This document shows positions 17,128 through 25,456 of a DNA stretch of 64,000 nucleotides, one piece after another. The notes under the pieces were generated by a model. It had not been told where the DNA came from. It worked only from the letters and a program-made list of their open reading frames with translations, and ran no database searches. Each line of letters starts with the position of its first letter. Within the stretch, counting starts at the first letter, position 1. This stretch comes from a virus (Duplodnaviria; Caudoviricetes), in IMG/VR virus record IMGVR_UViG_3300034095_001474, positions 128,001 to 192,000 of that record. The stretch is one strand, 5' to 3'. A program made the translations under genes and the position numbers.

Positions 17128-17571
17128 TTAAAATTTAACACCTCTACCTTGAACAACATCATTATCGGTAGGGTTTGATATAACTTTTGCTGAGAATAAA
17201 TAAATATCACTTAAACGCATTTCTTCATTAAAATCATCAGCAGCCTTTGCTTCAGCTTCTTCTGGGCTATTAGCTTCAATTTCATAAACCCAACTATGTT
17301 TATAACCACCATCTTTTTCAGCTTCTTTACCAATAACTTCAACTTTGAACTTATTTAAACTACTTAAATCTTCTGGTTCAATTTCTGGATTGATACCAAA
17401 TTCTTGTTGTCTAGAATACAATGGGTTTTCTTCTTCAAATTCGTTTATTTCATTTTCATCAATACGTTTGATTTTATTGAATGTTTTTGCAAATGACTCA
17501 ATTATCGCCTTTTCTTTTTCGGAAATAATTGCTTTTCTTTTTGCTTCTGTTAAAAATTCTTTCTTTTTCAT
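17128..17571 (-). CDS. Hypothetical protein (LTE/INE motifs, possible head-internal protein)
   Basis: 147-aa acidic ORF. Confidence 0.6.
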   Translation of the reverse strand: MKKKEFLTEAKRKAIISEKEKAIIESFAKTFNKIKRIDENEINEFEEENPLYSRQQEFGINPEIEPEDLSSLNKFKVEVIGKEAEKDGGYKHSWVYEIEANSPEEAEAKAADDFNEEMRLSDIYLFSAKVISNPTDNDVVQGRGVKF

Positions 17572-17591
17572 ATATGTTTGTTTTATTTATT

Positions 17592-19058
17592 TTATTTAAA
17601 CGTCTCTAAATTATCTATAAAATAATCTTTTAACCCTCTAAATGCAGAGAAACTTCTTTGTGAAGCTGAATATAATTTAGAATTAAAATTAGCTAATATG
17701 TTACTTTTAGTATCTAGTAATGATTGCTTCTTTTTCCCTAAATCAGCATTAGGGTTAACTTTTTTTATAAGATTTAAAATTTGCGTTAGTAATAAGTCTT
17801 CATCAACGTTATCCCAATCAAAAGCGATTGACAAACCTTTATTAGGGTCATTAGACCAACCTATATCAGCATCTTCTAACCCTTCAATAGCATCAATTAA
17901 ACTTTTATCATCAACATTTTCATAAATACCCATAATAGGACCTTCATTTACAGCATTACTTTTTGGTAATGATGCTTCTATAAACTCTGAAAATTCACCT
18001 TGATTTAAGCCACTAGGTACAGCGTTTTTGTTTATGTATGAAAACTTTTTATTATCACCATCAATATTCATAGTACAATTTATGTAAAAAATATTATCTA
18101 AATTAAAGTTTTTAAATTCATACAGACTTTCCATATTCCAAATCTCTCTAGCCGCTTCTTGATTTGCCATATCAGCTAATCTTTTAGGCATTCCACTTTC
18201 TTTAGATTTAGAGTTAGCAAAAATAAAGTTAGCTTCTTCTGGTGTTAATTCTGCGATATCACCTTCAAAATTTATAAAAAATTTAGATTTATGTGACTTA
18301 ACACCACCCTTGGCGTAGAAATCAATCATAGTGTTTTTAGTCCCTTGGTGTTGTTTAAATGGAGTCATAGGAATTCTTTCATATCCAAGTCCTCTCATGT
18401 CATCTGTAGCTATAGAACCTTCTTCACCACTGATACCATGTTTATCCCTTAATGCTGTAATTTCAGCATCTCTATCCGCTTTAGTTTTTACGTTATTCCA
18501 TTGTATAGTAAAACTTTTAGTAGAATAAACTTTAGATGGTATTGTGATGTCTTCCTTAGTTTCACTATCTTTATATTTTCTACCAGCATATGGATTGGTG
18601 TAAGTTGCTTTTCCAGGGCTTTTTGATTTTAATCCTCTAGCTGCTCTTTCTTGGTCTACTGCGTATTTGTTTTTAACTGCACTCCATTCTTCAGAACCAA
18701 CCATACTATCTAAATACCTTTTTAGTTTTGGGTTATCTAATTTGGCTGCAATCCCTTCAAATTCAGCTAAATTTTCTGGATTAATATTAACTGGTAATGA
18801 AGATGAACTAACATTATTAACATAACCAACTGTCATGAACCAACTATTATTTGGTTTGTATTTAGAAAACATTTTAAGTAATGTATCAACATTATCTGTT
18901 ACATCACCAAAAAATTCAGACATTGACGTTCTATCGGATTCATATAAATCTGATTCATCAATCATATTTTCTGTTATAAAACCTTTCGATTGTAAATACC
19001 TTTGTTCAGCTAACAAATTAGCTTTTTTTAAGTTTTTTGTTTTATCAATTCTTCTCAT
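17592..19058 (-). CDS. Hypothetical protein (possible head-internal protein)
   Basis: 488-aa ORF; N-terminus NLKKANLLAEQRYL...ITE. Confidence 0.7.
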   Translation of the reverse strand: MRRIDKTKNLKKANLLAEQRYLQSKGFITENMIDESDLYESDRTSMSEFFGDVTDNVDTLLKMFSKYKPNNSWFMTVGYVNNVSSSSLPVNINPENLAEFEGIAAKLDNPKLKRYLDSMVGSEEWSAVKNKYAVDQERAARGLKSKSPGKATYTNPYAGRKYKDSETKEDITIPSKVYSTKSFTIQWNNVKTKADRDAEITALRDKHGISGEEGSIATDDMRGLGYERIPMTPFKQHQGTKNTMIDFYAKGGVKSHKSKFFINFEGDIAELTPEEANFIFANSKSKESGMPKRLADMANQEAAREIWNMESLYEFKNFNLDNIFYINCTMNIDGDNKKFSYINKNAVPSGLNQGEFSEFIEASLPKSNAVNEGPIMGIYENVDDKSLIDAIEGLEDADIGWSNDPNKGLSIAFDWDNVDEDLLLTQILNLIKKVNPNADLGKKKQSLLDTKSNILANFNSKLYSASQRSFSAFRGLKDYFIDNLETFK

Positions 19059-19091
19059 TATAATATTTTTATTATAAATATGTAAAAATTA

Positions 19092-19535
19092 TTAAAAAAT
19101 CTCTGCTGTTATATAAGTAGTTGTAGTTTCAAAAAGTATTTCTCTTCGCTTTAACCAGTCCCCTATATTGTTAAGTGTTTTTAATTGTATACCCCAAATA
19201 TAATCAACTTGAAGTGTCTTTGGGTACTCTTTTAATTTGTTTCCCCAACCTTGCCCTCTGATTTCTTTATCAACAACCAACAACACACCTTCAATACCTT
19301 TTAACCCATCATATTTTTCGTTTGACCAGAATGAATATAATTGATTATTACCCAAAAGATACAACCCTTTTATTTTATCTTCGTCATCCAATATGATTGC
19401 TGATATATCCCAATTGGTTTCCTCTTCTATAATTGTAAAAAAATATTTTTTGTAGATAACATGTTTAAAATATTGAAAAGACCATTGCATGGCTTCTAAT
19501 CTCATTTCTTGTGGAATTCCGTATCTAATGTTCAT
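19092..19535 (-). CDS. GNAT-like acetyltransferase
   Basis: LLVVDKEIRGQGWGNKL acetyl-CoA binding motif. Confidence 0.6.
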   Translation of the reverse strand: MNIRYGIPQEMRLEAMQWSFQYFKHVIYKKYFFTIIEEETNWDISAIILDDEDKIKGLYLLGNNQLYSFWSNEKYDGLKGIEGVLLVVDKEIRGQGWGNKLKEYPKTLQVDYIWGIQLKTLNNIGDWLKRREILFETTTTYITAEIF

Positions 19536-20019
19536 AACCAGTAATTTCAAAAAATTGATAATCTCTTACTTTCCAAATTGAATCTAATTGTTGTATTGAA
19601 TATTTTATCTCACCCAACCATGGGTCTAAAACATTAAAAACATTTTCATCATACCCATTAACAATTATCCAGTGAGGAACACCTTTTGTTATTGTTCTAA
19701 GCATTGATACATTTCCACTATCTATGATTGTTCTTAGTAAATCATATGGGTGTGGCGATGATATGTATTCAATATAATTAAAATTTAATTTTTCCATACC
19801 TTTTTCCATTCTATCTGGTGGTGTACCTACAATCCAATCAGTACCACAAAAATGTGCGATATCTCTTATATCGTACTTCATTTCTATAAAACCATCAGAA
19901 TCTTTACACGTTCTGTAAATTATATTGTCTTTGTTCACCAAATAAAACCACACCATATAAATACATGTTGGTCCACATGTATTCCCAGTAGGTTGATAGA
20001 AATGTTTAATAGTTGTCAT
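19525..20019 (-). CDS. Peptidase C39-like cysteine protease
   Basis: YQPTGNTCGPTC (Q/C), PHWIIV (H), VLDPW (D). Confidence 0.75.
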   Translation of the reverse strand: MTTIKHFYQPTGNTCGPTCIYMVWFYLVNKDNIIYRTCKDSDGFIEMKYDIRDIAHFCGTDWIVGTPPDRMEKGMEKLNFNYIEYISSPHPYDLLRTIIDSGNVSMLRTITKGVPHWIIVNGYDENVFNVLDPWLGEIKYSIQQLDSIWKVRDYQFFEITGYEH

Positions 20020-20383
20020 TGAAGTCTTCGTCATAATAAGGTGAATCATCTTCATCGTCTTCTTCCTCATCAAAGTCATCATCTTCCTCACCAACGACAT
20101 TTTCCAATGTATCAAACCCTATAAAAACTCCAAATTCATCATTGAATAGTTTTTTAAATGTTTTTGCTTCATCATTTGTGATTTCATTAAAATCAATCTT
20201 AGATAATAAATCTTCACCACTAGAAAACTCCAACTCATCTTCACCCATATTGTGTGTAAATGGCCATGTGATGCTCAACGCTAATTCTTCGTATTCTTCG
20301 ACTTCTCTTTCTGTCATTACGATAAATCCGTTCACTTCAATCTCATCGATTGTGTCATTAAAAATTGCTAAAAATTTTGCCAT
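20006..20383 (-). CDS. Hypothetical acidic protein
   Basis: 125 aa with an Asp/Glu-rich tail. Confidence 0.6.
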   Translation of the reverse strand: MAKFLAIFNDTIDEIEVNGFIVMTEREVEEYEELALSITWPFTHNMGEDELEFSSGEDLLSKIDFNEITNDEAKTFKKLFNDEFGVFIGFDTLENVVGEEDDDFDEEEDDEDDSPYYDEDFNDNY

Positions 20384-20436
20384 AGTTTAAATAATAAAAA
20401 CATAATATAATGTTGTTTTAATAAAAATAAATATCT

Positions 20437-21552
20437 TTATAAAAGTTTTTTAAAGTTCTCTATTTCTAACTCAACAATTTTGTCACCCAATTCTTTGCTT
20501 GGTTTCAAATTGAACTCTTTCATTACTTCTTCACCACTAACTGTAAGTTCAAAGTCTTCCAACGCATTTAACAAATTTCCAGAAATCATATTACGAATTC
20601 CAAAGTTAAATAACTGTTCACTAGATATGTCACTTTTAATCAACGATTTTTTCAACGTAACAGCAGTATCTATTTGTTCAATAGTGTGCAGCGTTAATAA
20701 AAAACTTATTTTATTTATATCTGATGTTGGATGAGTCAATTTATTCAACTTTGTTGTTATAAAAGATAAATCATTATCTTTTAACAATGTAGCCAACACA
20801 AGTATTGGGTCTTTTTCATCAATAAAGTTTTTGTTAATAACCATGTTTGGGAATATCCAATCAAACAAATTAAACGTATCCAACAACTCCATAAACTTGA
20901 TTACAGATTTAGCTGATTTCAAACCTTTGATGAACTCATCTCTGATTCTTTCAGCTGATATACCTTCCAAGCTGCTATCTAGAATAAGTGTAAGTATTAT
21001 ATCTTTGGATAAAACACCATCAAATCTACTTACAAATCTTATCGCTCTAAGAATACGTAACCTATCTTCTTCAAATCTTTCAGCAGCATCACCAACAGTT
21101 CGTATTATACCCTTTTTAAGGTCTTCAACACCACCAACCATATCAACTATTTCAGATGTATCTAAATCAAAAAATAATGCATTAATCGTTAAATCTCGTC
21201 TCAATACGTCACCTTCTATTGTTGTAAATTTAACGCTGTCTGGTCTACGACCATCTGAACCAATATCCTCACGAAAAGTTGCAATTTCGAATTCATCTGT
21301 ATCTGTAAATACGTTGATAACACCGAAAGCTTTCCCAGTAGCAAGTGTTCTAAGACCAGCTTCTTCCATCATCGATTCAACCTTATCTGGAATAGCATCA
21401 GTAGCTAAATCCCAATCTTTTGGGACTTTTCCTAACAATGCATCACGTATGCTGCCACCAACGATAAATAATTTAAAACCGTTATCACTAAAGATACGGT
21501 GTATAATTTTAATATCGTTTGGTACTTCTAGTTCAAATTTTATTCTTTCCAT
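20437..21552 (-). CDS. cca: CCA-adding tRNA nucleotidyltransferase (class II)
   Basis: VGGSIRD...KDWDLAT, EIATFR, RRDLTINAL, EDRLRILRAIRF. A poly(A) polymerase assignment cannot be fully excluded. Confidence 0.85.
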   Translation of the reverse strand: MERIKFELEVPNDIKIIHRIFSDNGFKLFIVGGSIRDALLGKVPKDWDLATDAIPDKVESMMEEAGLRTLATGKAFGVINVFTDTDEFEIATFREDIGSDGRRPDSVKFTTIEGDVLRRDLTINALFFDLDTSEIVDMVGGVEDLKKGIIRTVGDAAERFEEDRLRILRAIRFVSRFDGVLSKDIILTLILDSSLEGISAERIRDEFIKGLKSAKSVIKFMELLDTFNLFDWIFPNMVINKNFIDEKDPILVLATLLKDNDLSFITTKLNKLTHPTSDINKISFLLTLHTIEQIDTAVTLKKSLIKSDISSEQLFNFGIRNMISGNLLNALEDFELTVSGEEVMKEFNLKPSKELGDKIVELEIENFKKLL

Positions 21553-21631
21553 AATACAAATGTAATCATTTTATTTTAATAAAACAAAAAAACCCAGACA
21601 AAAATCTGGGTTTAATTATTTTTTAATAAGA

Positions 21632-22048
21632 TTAGGCTACTTCAACTACTTCTAAATCGAAGATTAAGTCTTTACCAGCCAATGGGTGATTAGCATCCAA
21701 AACAACAGTGTTTTCTTTTATCTCTGCAACTACAACCATCATTTGACCTTGTGGTCCTTCAGCTGTTAATTGATGTCCAACTTCAACACCTTCTGGTACA
21801 AATTGTTTTTCCACTTCTTGAGTCATTTCTTCTCTGATTGGACCATAAGCTTCATCAGATGGAATAGTGATTGTTCTTTTCTCACCAGCTTTTAAACCTT
21901 GTAATCCTTTTTCAAATCCAGGGATTAATAAACCTTTCCCTAATTCAACCGCTAATGGGTCTCTACCTTCTGATGTGTCAAAAACTGTGTTGTCTTCTAA
22001 TCTTCCAGTGTAATGTACTTTAACATTACTGTTTTCTGTTACTGTCAT
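21632..22048 (-). CDS. slyD: FKBP-type peptidyl-prolyl isomerase (SlyD-like)
   Basis: VKVHYTGRL...FDTS...LIPGFEKGL...AYG...DANHPLAGKDLIFDLEVV. Confidence 0.93.
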   Translation of the reverse strand: MTVTENSNVKVHYTGRLEDNTVFDTSEGRDPLAVELGKGLLIPGFEKGLQGLKAGEKRTITIPSDEAYGPIREEMTQEVEKQFVPEGVEVGHQLTAEGPQGQMMVVVAEIKENTVVLDANHPLAGKDLIFDLEVVEVA

Positions 22049-22088
22049 ATTTTTTATTTAAGTTAAAATTATTTTAGCAAATATACGA

Positions 22089-22508
22089 TTAAATTTCTGG
22101 TTTGTCAACATAATTTACAGATATTTTTTTAAGTTCAATGATTTTATTCATATATTCAACATTTTTCACAGCATCTGTTGTTAAATTACCACGTAAATGA
22201 CTAAAGAATATATTGATAGCTTTGAAATGTTTGATTGAAACAGCTTCATCATTATGGTATATACTTTTAAAAAAGAAATAGTCTTTCCATGTTCTTTTTA
22301 AGTCATCACTACCATATCTAAACACTTTACGTACTGTTGATTCAGTAGTGTTATCACTTTTTATAGTTATTTTAGTAACGTATAATTCACCATCAACGTC
22401 AAATGGTATTATTTTGAATAATTCACTTTTTTTATTTTTGAATAAGTGTAATTCTGATTTAGTTAAATAATTTTTAACTTCTAATTGTTTTTCTTCTATA
22501 GTTTTCAT
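22089..22508 (-). CDS. Hypothetical protein
   Basis: 139-aa ORF downstream of the amber minigene. Confidence 0.55.
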   Translation of the reverse strand: MKTIEEKQLEVKNYLTKSELHLFKNKKSELFKIIPFDVDGELYVTKITIKSDNTTESTVRKVFRYGSDDLKRTWKDYFFFKSIYHNDEAVSIKHFKAINIFFSHLRGNLTTDAVKNVEYMNKIIELKKISVNYVDKPEI

Positions 22509-22591
22509 AATGTCTATGTTTTTAAATTTATTTTATAATTTTCGTAGTACTTGGACACGATGTCCTAGTAAATGTCCTAGTTAAAATAAAT

Positions 22592-22618
22592 TTAAGGAGG
22601 TGCTTTAATCTAATTCAT
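22592..22618 (-). other. Minigene ATG-AAT-TAG-ATT-AAA-GCA-CCT-CCT-TAA (M-N-amber-I-K-A-P-P)
   Basis: Read directly from the sequence; begins 11 nt after the stop codon of the Pth2-like gene. Confidence 0.6.
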
Positions 22619-22629
22619 AATCTATAGTT

Positions 22630-22974
22630 TTAGTTATTGTTATTTTTACCCAATAGAGGACACGAACTAGTAATTTTTTTACTAGCATCAGATGGTTCAA
22701 AAGCTATTGCGGTAATTTCGTTATTGATGTCTGGCTCTCGGAATATAGTATATTTAATTCCTCTGATTGCAGCTTTCTCTGAGAGTTTATATAACTCTTC
22801 CTCATTTGCTACTGTTAATAATGCCAAATAATTTGATTTTGTTTGCCATTCTGACGCTTCTTTAGGATGAGCGTGCTGAAAATCAATGGCAGCATGTGCT
22901 GATTGCACTGCTTGTGTTGGTAATGATAAGTCACGTCTTGTGACAACTCTTAATTTTGAAATCTAATTTTTCAT
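22630..22974 (-). CDS. Pth2-like peptidyl-tRNA hydrolase with an in-frame TAG at codon 4
   Basis: ATG AAA AAT TAG ATT TCA ... gives MKN*ISKLRVVTRRDLSLPTQAVQSAHA...W...L..V.....L......FREPDINNEITAIA. The conserved first strand lies upstream of the annotated GTG start at 22908. Confidence 0.75.
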
Positions 22975-23024
22975 TTTCTTTTTTATATAAATATATCACT
23001 TTTTTTAAAAAGGTAAACCTTTTG

Positions 23025-23095
23025 TGGTCTTAGAGGGAATCGAACCCTCACTATCGGTTTTAGAGACCGTTACGCTGCCGTTACATCATAAGACC
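23025..23095 (-). tRNA. Amber-suppressor tRNA (anticodon CTA)
   Basis: GGTCTTA/TAAGACC acceptor with A73; ACGGT CT-CTA-AA ACCGA arm; GAGGG TTCGATT CCCTC T arm. Confidence 0.9.
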
Positions 23096-23107
23096 AAATC
23101 TATAGTG

Positions 23108-23138
23108 CAAATATACTAAAGATTTTTTAATTTGTCAA
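23108..23138 (-). promoter_or_regulatory. Bacteroidota-type promoter of the tRNA-CUA gene
   Basis: TTG-N20-TATATTTG. Confidence 0.72.
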
Positions 23139-23140
23139 CT

Positions 23141-23413
23141 TTATTCTTCAGAATCTTCAACTCTATATGAATATTCTTCATTATTTATTTTATCTCTAAT
23201 AATATCTTTCTCAACTAATTCATCTGATAATGAGTCATAATACTGTTCATTTTGAGGTTTCATTTCAGATGAATTACCTTCTAGATAATCAATTATTTCA
23301 TCGTTGGTCAACTTTTCTAATTCTGGATATTCATCCAAATCAATTGTGATTGGTTCTCGTACAATATATGTTGTATACGACTCTGTTTGATAAATTTTAA
23401 CTTTTCTTCCCAT
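23141..23413 (-). CDS. Hypothetical acidic protein
   Basis: 90-aa ORF. Confidence 0.55.
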   Translation of the reverse strand: MGRKVKIYQTESYTTYIVREPITIDLDEYPELEKLTNDEIIDYLEGNSSEMKPQNEQYYDSLSDELVEKDIIRDKINNEEYSYRVEDSEE

Positions 23414-23418
23414 AGTTT

Positions 23419-23982
23419 TTATTTTAATAAAGTTTTACCTAATCTTAATACTTTTGCTTTGAATTCTTCAAATGTACCGTTGTTTTCAATTATAACATCA
23501 GCACATGATTTATCAATGTTGAATGAACTTGCATCTTCGTTTGGTAATCTATCTGAAGCATCTACCCAAATAACCAAATCAAAAATACCTTGTCTTAAAC
23601 ATTCTTCGATTTCATCTCTGTCACGCATTCCTACATAACAATCAGAACGTTCTAGTATGCCTTTGGCTAATCTTGCTCTATCATCTTTGTTATAGTCGCA
23701 AATAGCTAAATACCATTCTTCTCTGTGATTCACTCGGTCCTCAAAACATTCTTCTGGTGTTTTGTAACCATACTTACCCTTTAACTCGTCATACAAAAAA
23801 ATATTTGCTGCTGATTGAGATGAAGACTCGAATGTATACCCAAATTCCTCATTAAACATTTCAGCTAAAGTATCTTTTCCATGTCGCATGTTACCGATAA
23901 TCAATAACTTTGGTTTTTTCTTTTTAGATAACTCTAAATCTTCAAGGTGTTCCCTTAACATGTTTTGTCCTATTCCTCCCAT
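23419..23982 (-). CDS. Deoxynucleoside-monophosphate kinase-like P-loop protein
   Basis: IIGNMRHGKDT Walker A; GMRDRDE. Confidence 0.65.
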   Translation of the reverse strand: MGGIGQNMLREHLEDLELSKKKKPKLLIIGNMRHGKDTLAEMFNEEFGYTFESSSQSAANIFLYDELKGKYGYKTPEECFEDRVNHREEWYLAICDYNKDDRARLAKGILERSDCYVGMRDRDEIEECLRQGIFDLVIWVDASDRLPNEDASSFNIDKSCADVIIENNGTFEEFKAKVLRLGKTLLK

Positions 23983-23999
23983 TTTATTTTAGTTTTAAA

Positions 24000-24257
24000 T
24001 TAATCCCATTCTTCAAATGTCTGTTCTCTATTTTCGATTACACAAAGTAACCCTTTCAATATGTCGCAGTGATAAGTAATAAAGTTACCTTCAATATTCA
24101 TAACTGTGTTAACACCTAAAGCTGTGAAAAACTTTTCATTGTCAATATCATATTTTTCTAAGATAGCCATTATCTCACTACCCATGAATCCTTGTACATA
24201 TTTAGTTGGGTAATCATAAACAAATTCCTCAACATTTTCACTAGTTAATTTTTCCAT
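24000..24257 (-). CDS. Hypothetical protein
   Basis: 85-aa ORF with its own TTG-N20-TACATTTG promoter at 24262-24292. Confidence 0.6.
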   Translation of the reverse strand: MEKLTSENVEEFVYDYPTKYVQGFMGSEIMAILEKYDIDNEKFFTALGVNTVMNIEGNFITYHCDILKGLLCVIENREQTFEEWD

Positions 24258-24301
24258 ATTACAAATGTACTAAAAGTTTTTCGATTATACAAATTTTTAC
24301 A

Positions 24302-24334
24302 TAAAAAAAAAAGCCCATCATATGATGAGCTTTT
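24302..24334 (-). terminator. Intrinsic terminator closing the ncRNA cluster
   Basis: AAAAGCTCATCATATGATGGGC followed by poly-T. Confidence 0.8.
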
Positions 24335-24340
24335 AATAAT

Positions 24341-24424
24341 GTCAGAATAGTTTTGGGAATTGAACCCTTTCATCTAAATTTATGCAAATTTTAATTTAAC
24401 CTTAGTTTTGCTGAAACTATCCTT
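24341..24424 (-). ncRNA. Y-RNA (Yrl)-like RNA A with a tRNA T-arm
   Basis: 5' AGGATAGTTT pairs with 3' AAACTATTCT; TCAGCAA follows the 5' strand; GGG-TTCAATT-CCC T-arm. Confidence 0.6.
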
Positions 24425-24430
24425 TCTTTG

Positions 24431-24501
24431 TAGCGTAGCGTGGAGTCGAACCACCCTTCAAGGTTATGAGCCTCATGTGCAACCACTTACACCATAACGC
24501 A
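24431..24501 (-). tRNA. tRNA-Met(CAT), mismatched acceptor stem (initiator-like or degenerate)
   Basis: TGAGG CT-CAT-AA CCTTG arm and TTCGACT T-loop; unpaired 1:72 and further acceptor-stem mismatches. Confidence 0.65.
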
Positions 24502-24506
24502 ATATG

Positions 24507-24584
24507 TGCCCTAGACTGGCTACGAACCAATTATCCCATAGATACCTTTCGATACCCATCTGATAAAGTCTAAACTTCTAGGAC
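24507..24584 (-). ncRNA. tRNA-like RNA with a GAAA tetraloop in place of an anticodon loop
   Basis: 8-bp acceptor GTCCTAGA/TCTAGGGC plus A; TTGG-TTCGTAG-CCAG T arm; central ATGGGTATC-GAAA-GGTATCTAT hairpin. Confidence 0.55.
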
Positions 24585-24588
24585 ATTG

Positions 24589-24659
24589 TTGGCCAAAATC
24601 TGTTTTTTTTTTCTTTTAAGTATAGATAGTTTTAATTGCTGAAAAGATTTTTTTGCCAA
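24589..24659 (-). ncRNA. Y-RNA-like RNA B (minimal)
   Basis: TTGGC...AAAATCT pairs with AGATTTT...GCCAA; TTTCAGCAA follows the 5' strand. Confidence 0.5.
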
Positions 24660-24670
24660 TATTGTTATCA

Positions 24671-24923
24671 CAAGATGATTGTTTGCTTTTTTCATCCCAG
24701 CGGATTAACCCATTTTACGTCTTCGGCTTTGCTTTGGCGAGAGTCTACTGTTGTTCGACTACATCCTACTTGCACCTTTTGGGGTGGTCTGACGTTGACT
24801 TTTGTTTTCATTGGAAGTCTTACCATGTTATCTATATCCGTTGTTTGACAATGTTTTCACATTCTCTCACATACCATTTAGATTCTATCATAGTTTGTAT
24901 TTTTTGGTTGCAGAACCCATCTT
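24671..24923 (-). ncRNA. Y-RNA-like RNA C (about 250 nt)
   Basis: 5' AAGATGGGTTCTGCAACCAAAAAA; the 3' end ATCATCTTG closes the stem. GC-richer non-coding interior, with promoter (24974-25004) and boxA (24946-24956) upstream. Confidence 0.55.
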
Positions 24924-25027
24924 TCTTGATAATATTTTTAATAAATTAAAGAACGTTTTGAAATAAATATATACAAATGTACGAACACTTTATTGTTTTG
25001 TCAACTAAAACATCAATTATTTTTAAT

Positions 25028-25273
25028 TTATTTTATAACTGATTGATTCTTAGTTGCTTCTAATACGTTTTTTTGAGAGAACTCTTCAACAATAATTAGT
25101 ATCTGATGTTTTATAGTGAGATTATGTACCACGTTTAATACTTGGTAATACATATCATTAATATAAATGTATTCGTCTTTTCTTGGGATAACTTTAAAAA
25201 TTACACCATTTTTTATTACGGACCATTTACTATCTAGTAGTGTTGTTATATATTTTGTCTTGAACATAAGCAA
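25028..25273 (-). CDS. Hypothetical protein
   Basis: 81-aa ORF with an upstream TATATTTG motif. Confidence 0.55.
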   Translation of the reverse strand: MLMFKTKYITTLLDSKWSVIKNGVIFKVIPRKDEYIYINDMYYQVLNVVHNLTIKHQILIIVEEFSQKNVLEATKNQSVIK

Positions 25274-25341
25274 ATATATGATTAATTTTCATATTAGTCA
25301 ATATTTATTATAAAATAACAAGTAAATTAAAATTTAAAGTC

Positions 25342-25410
25342 ATGGGATGCGGATGTGGAAAACCAAAAACGAATACAACACCACCACCACCACCACCTCC
25401 AAGCGAGTAA
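25342..25410 (+). CDS. 22-aa microprotein MGCGCGKPKTNTTPPPPPPPSE
   Basis: ATATTTATT motif upstream and a hairpin/poly-T terminator (25426-25460) downstream. Confidence 0.55.
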   Translation: MGCGCGKPKTNTTPPPPPPPSE

Positions 25411-25456
25411 GGTTGTGTAAACATTAAAAAGGGTTCAGATTTGAATCCTTTTTTTT

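Noticed and set aside
20831-21565. 244-aa plus-strand ORF and similar antisense ORFs (5759-6244, 10884-11297, 8116-8454)
   Set aside because: They are antisense to well-supported genes and have the Ser/Ile/Leu-rich composition typical of reverse-frame artefacts.
22571-22580. 10-nt complementarity between the CTAGGACATT repeat after the minigene and the 5' flank of the tRNA mimic (24578-24587)
   Set aside because: It is short enough to be chance, and the matching bases are sequestered in the mimic's acceptor stem.
24636-24949. ORFs 24636-24848 (-) and 24653-24949 (+)
   Set aside because: They overlap the structured ncRNA C, have atypical composition and lack good starts.
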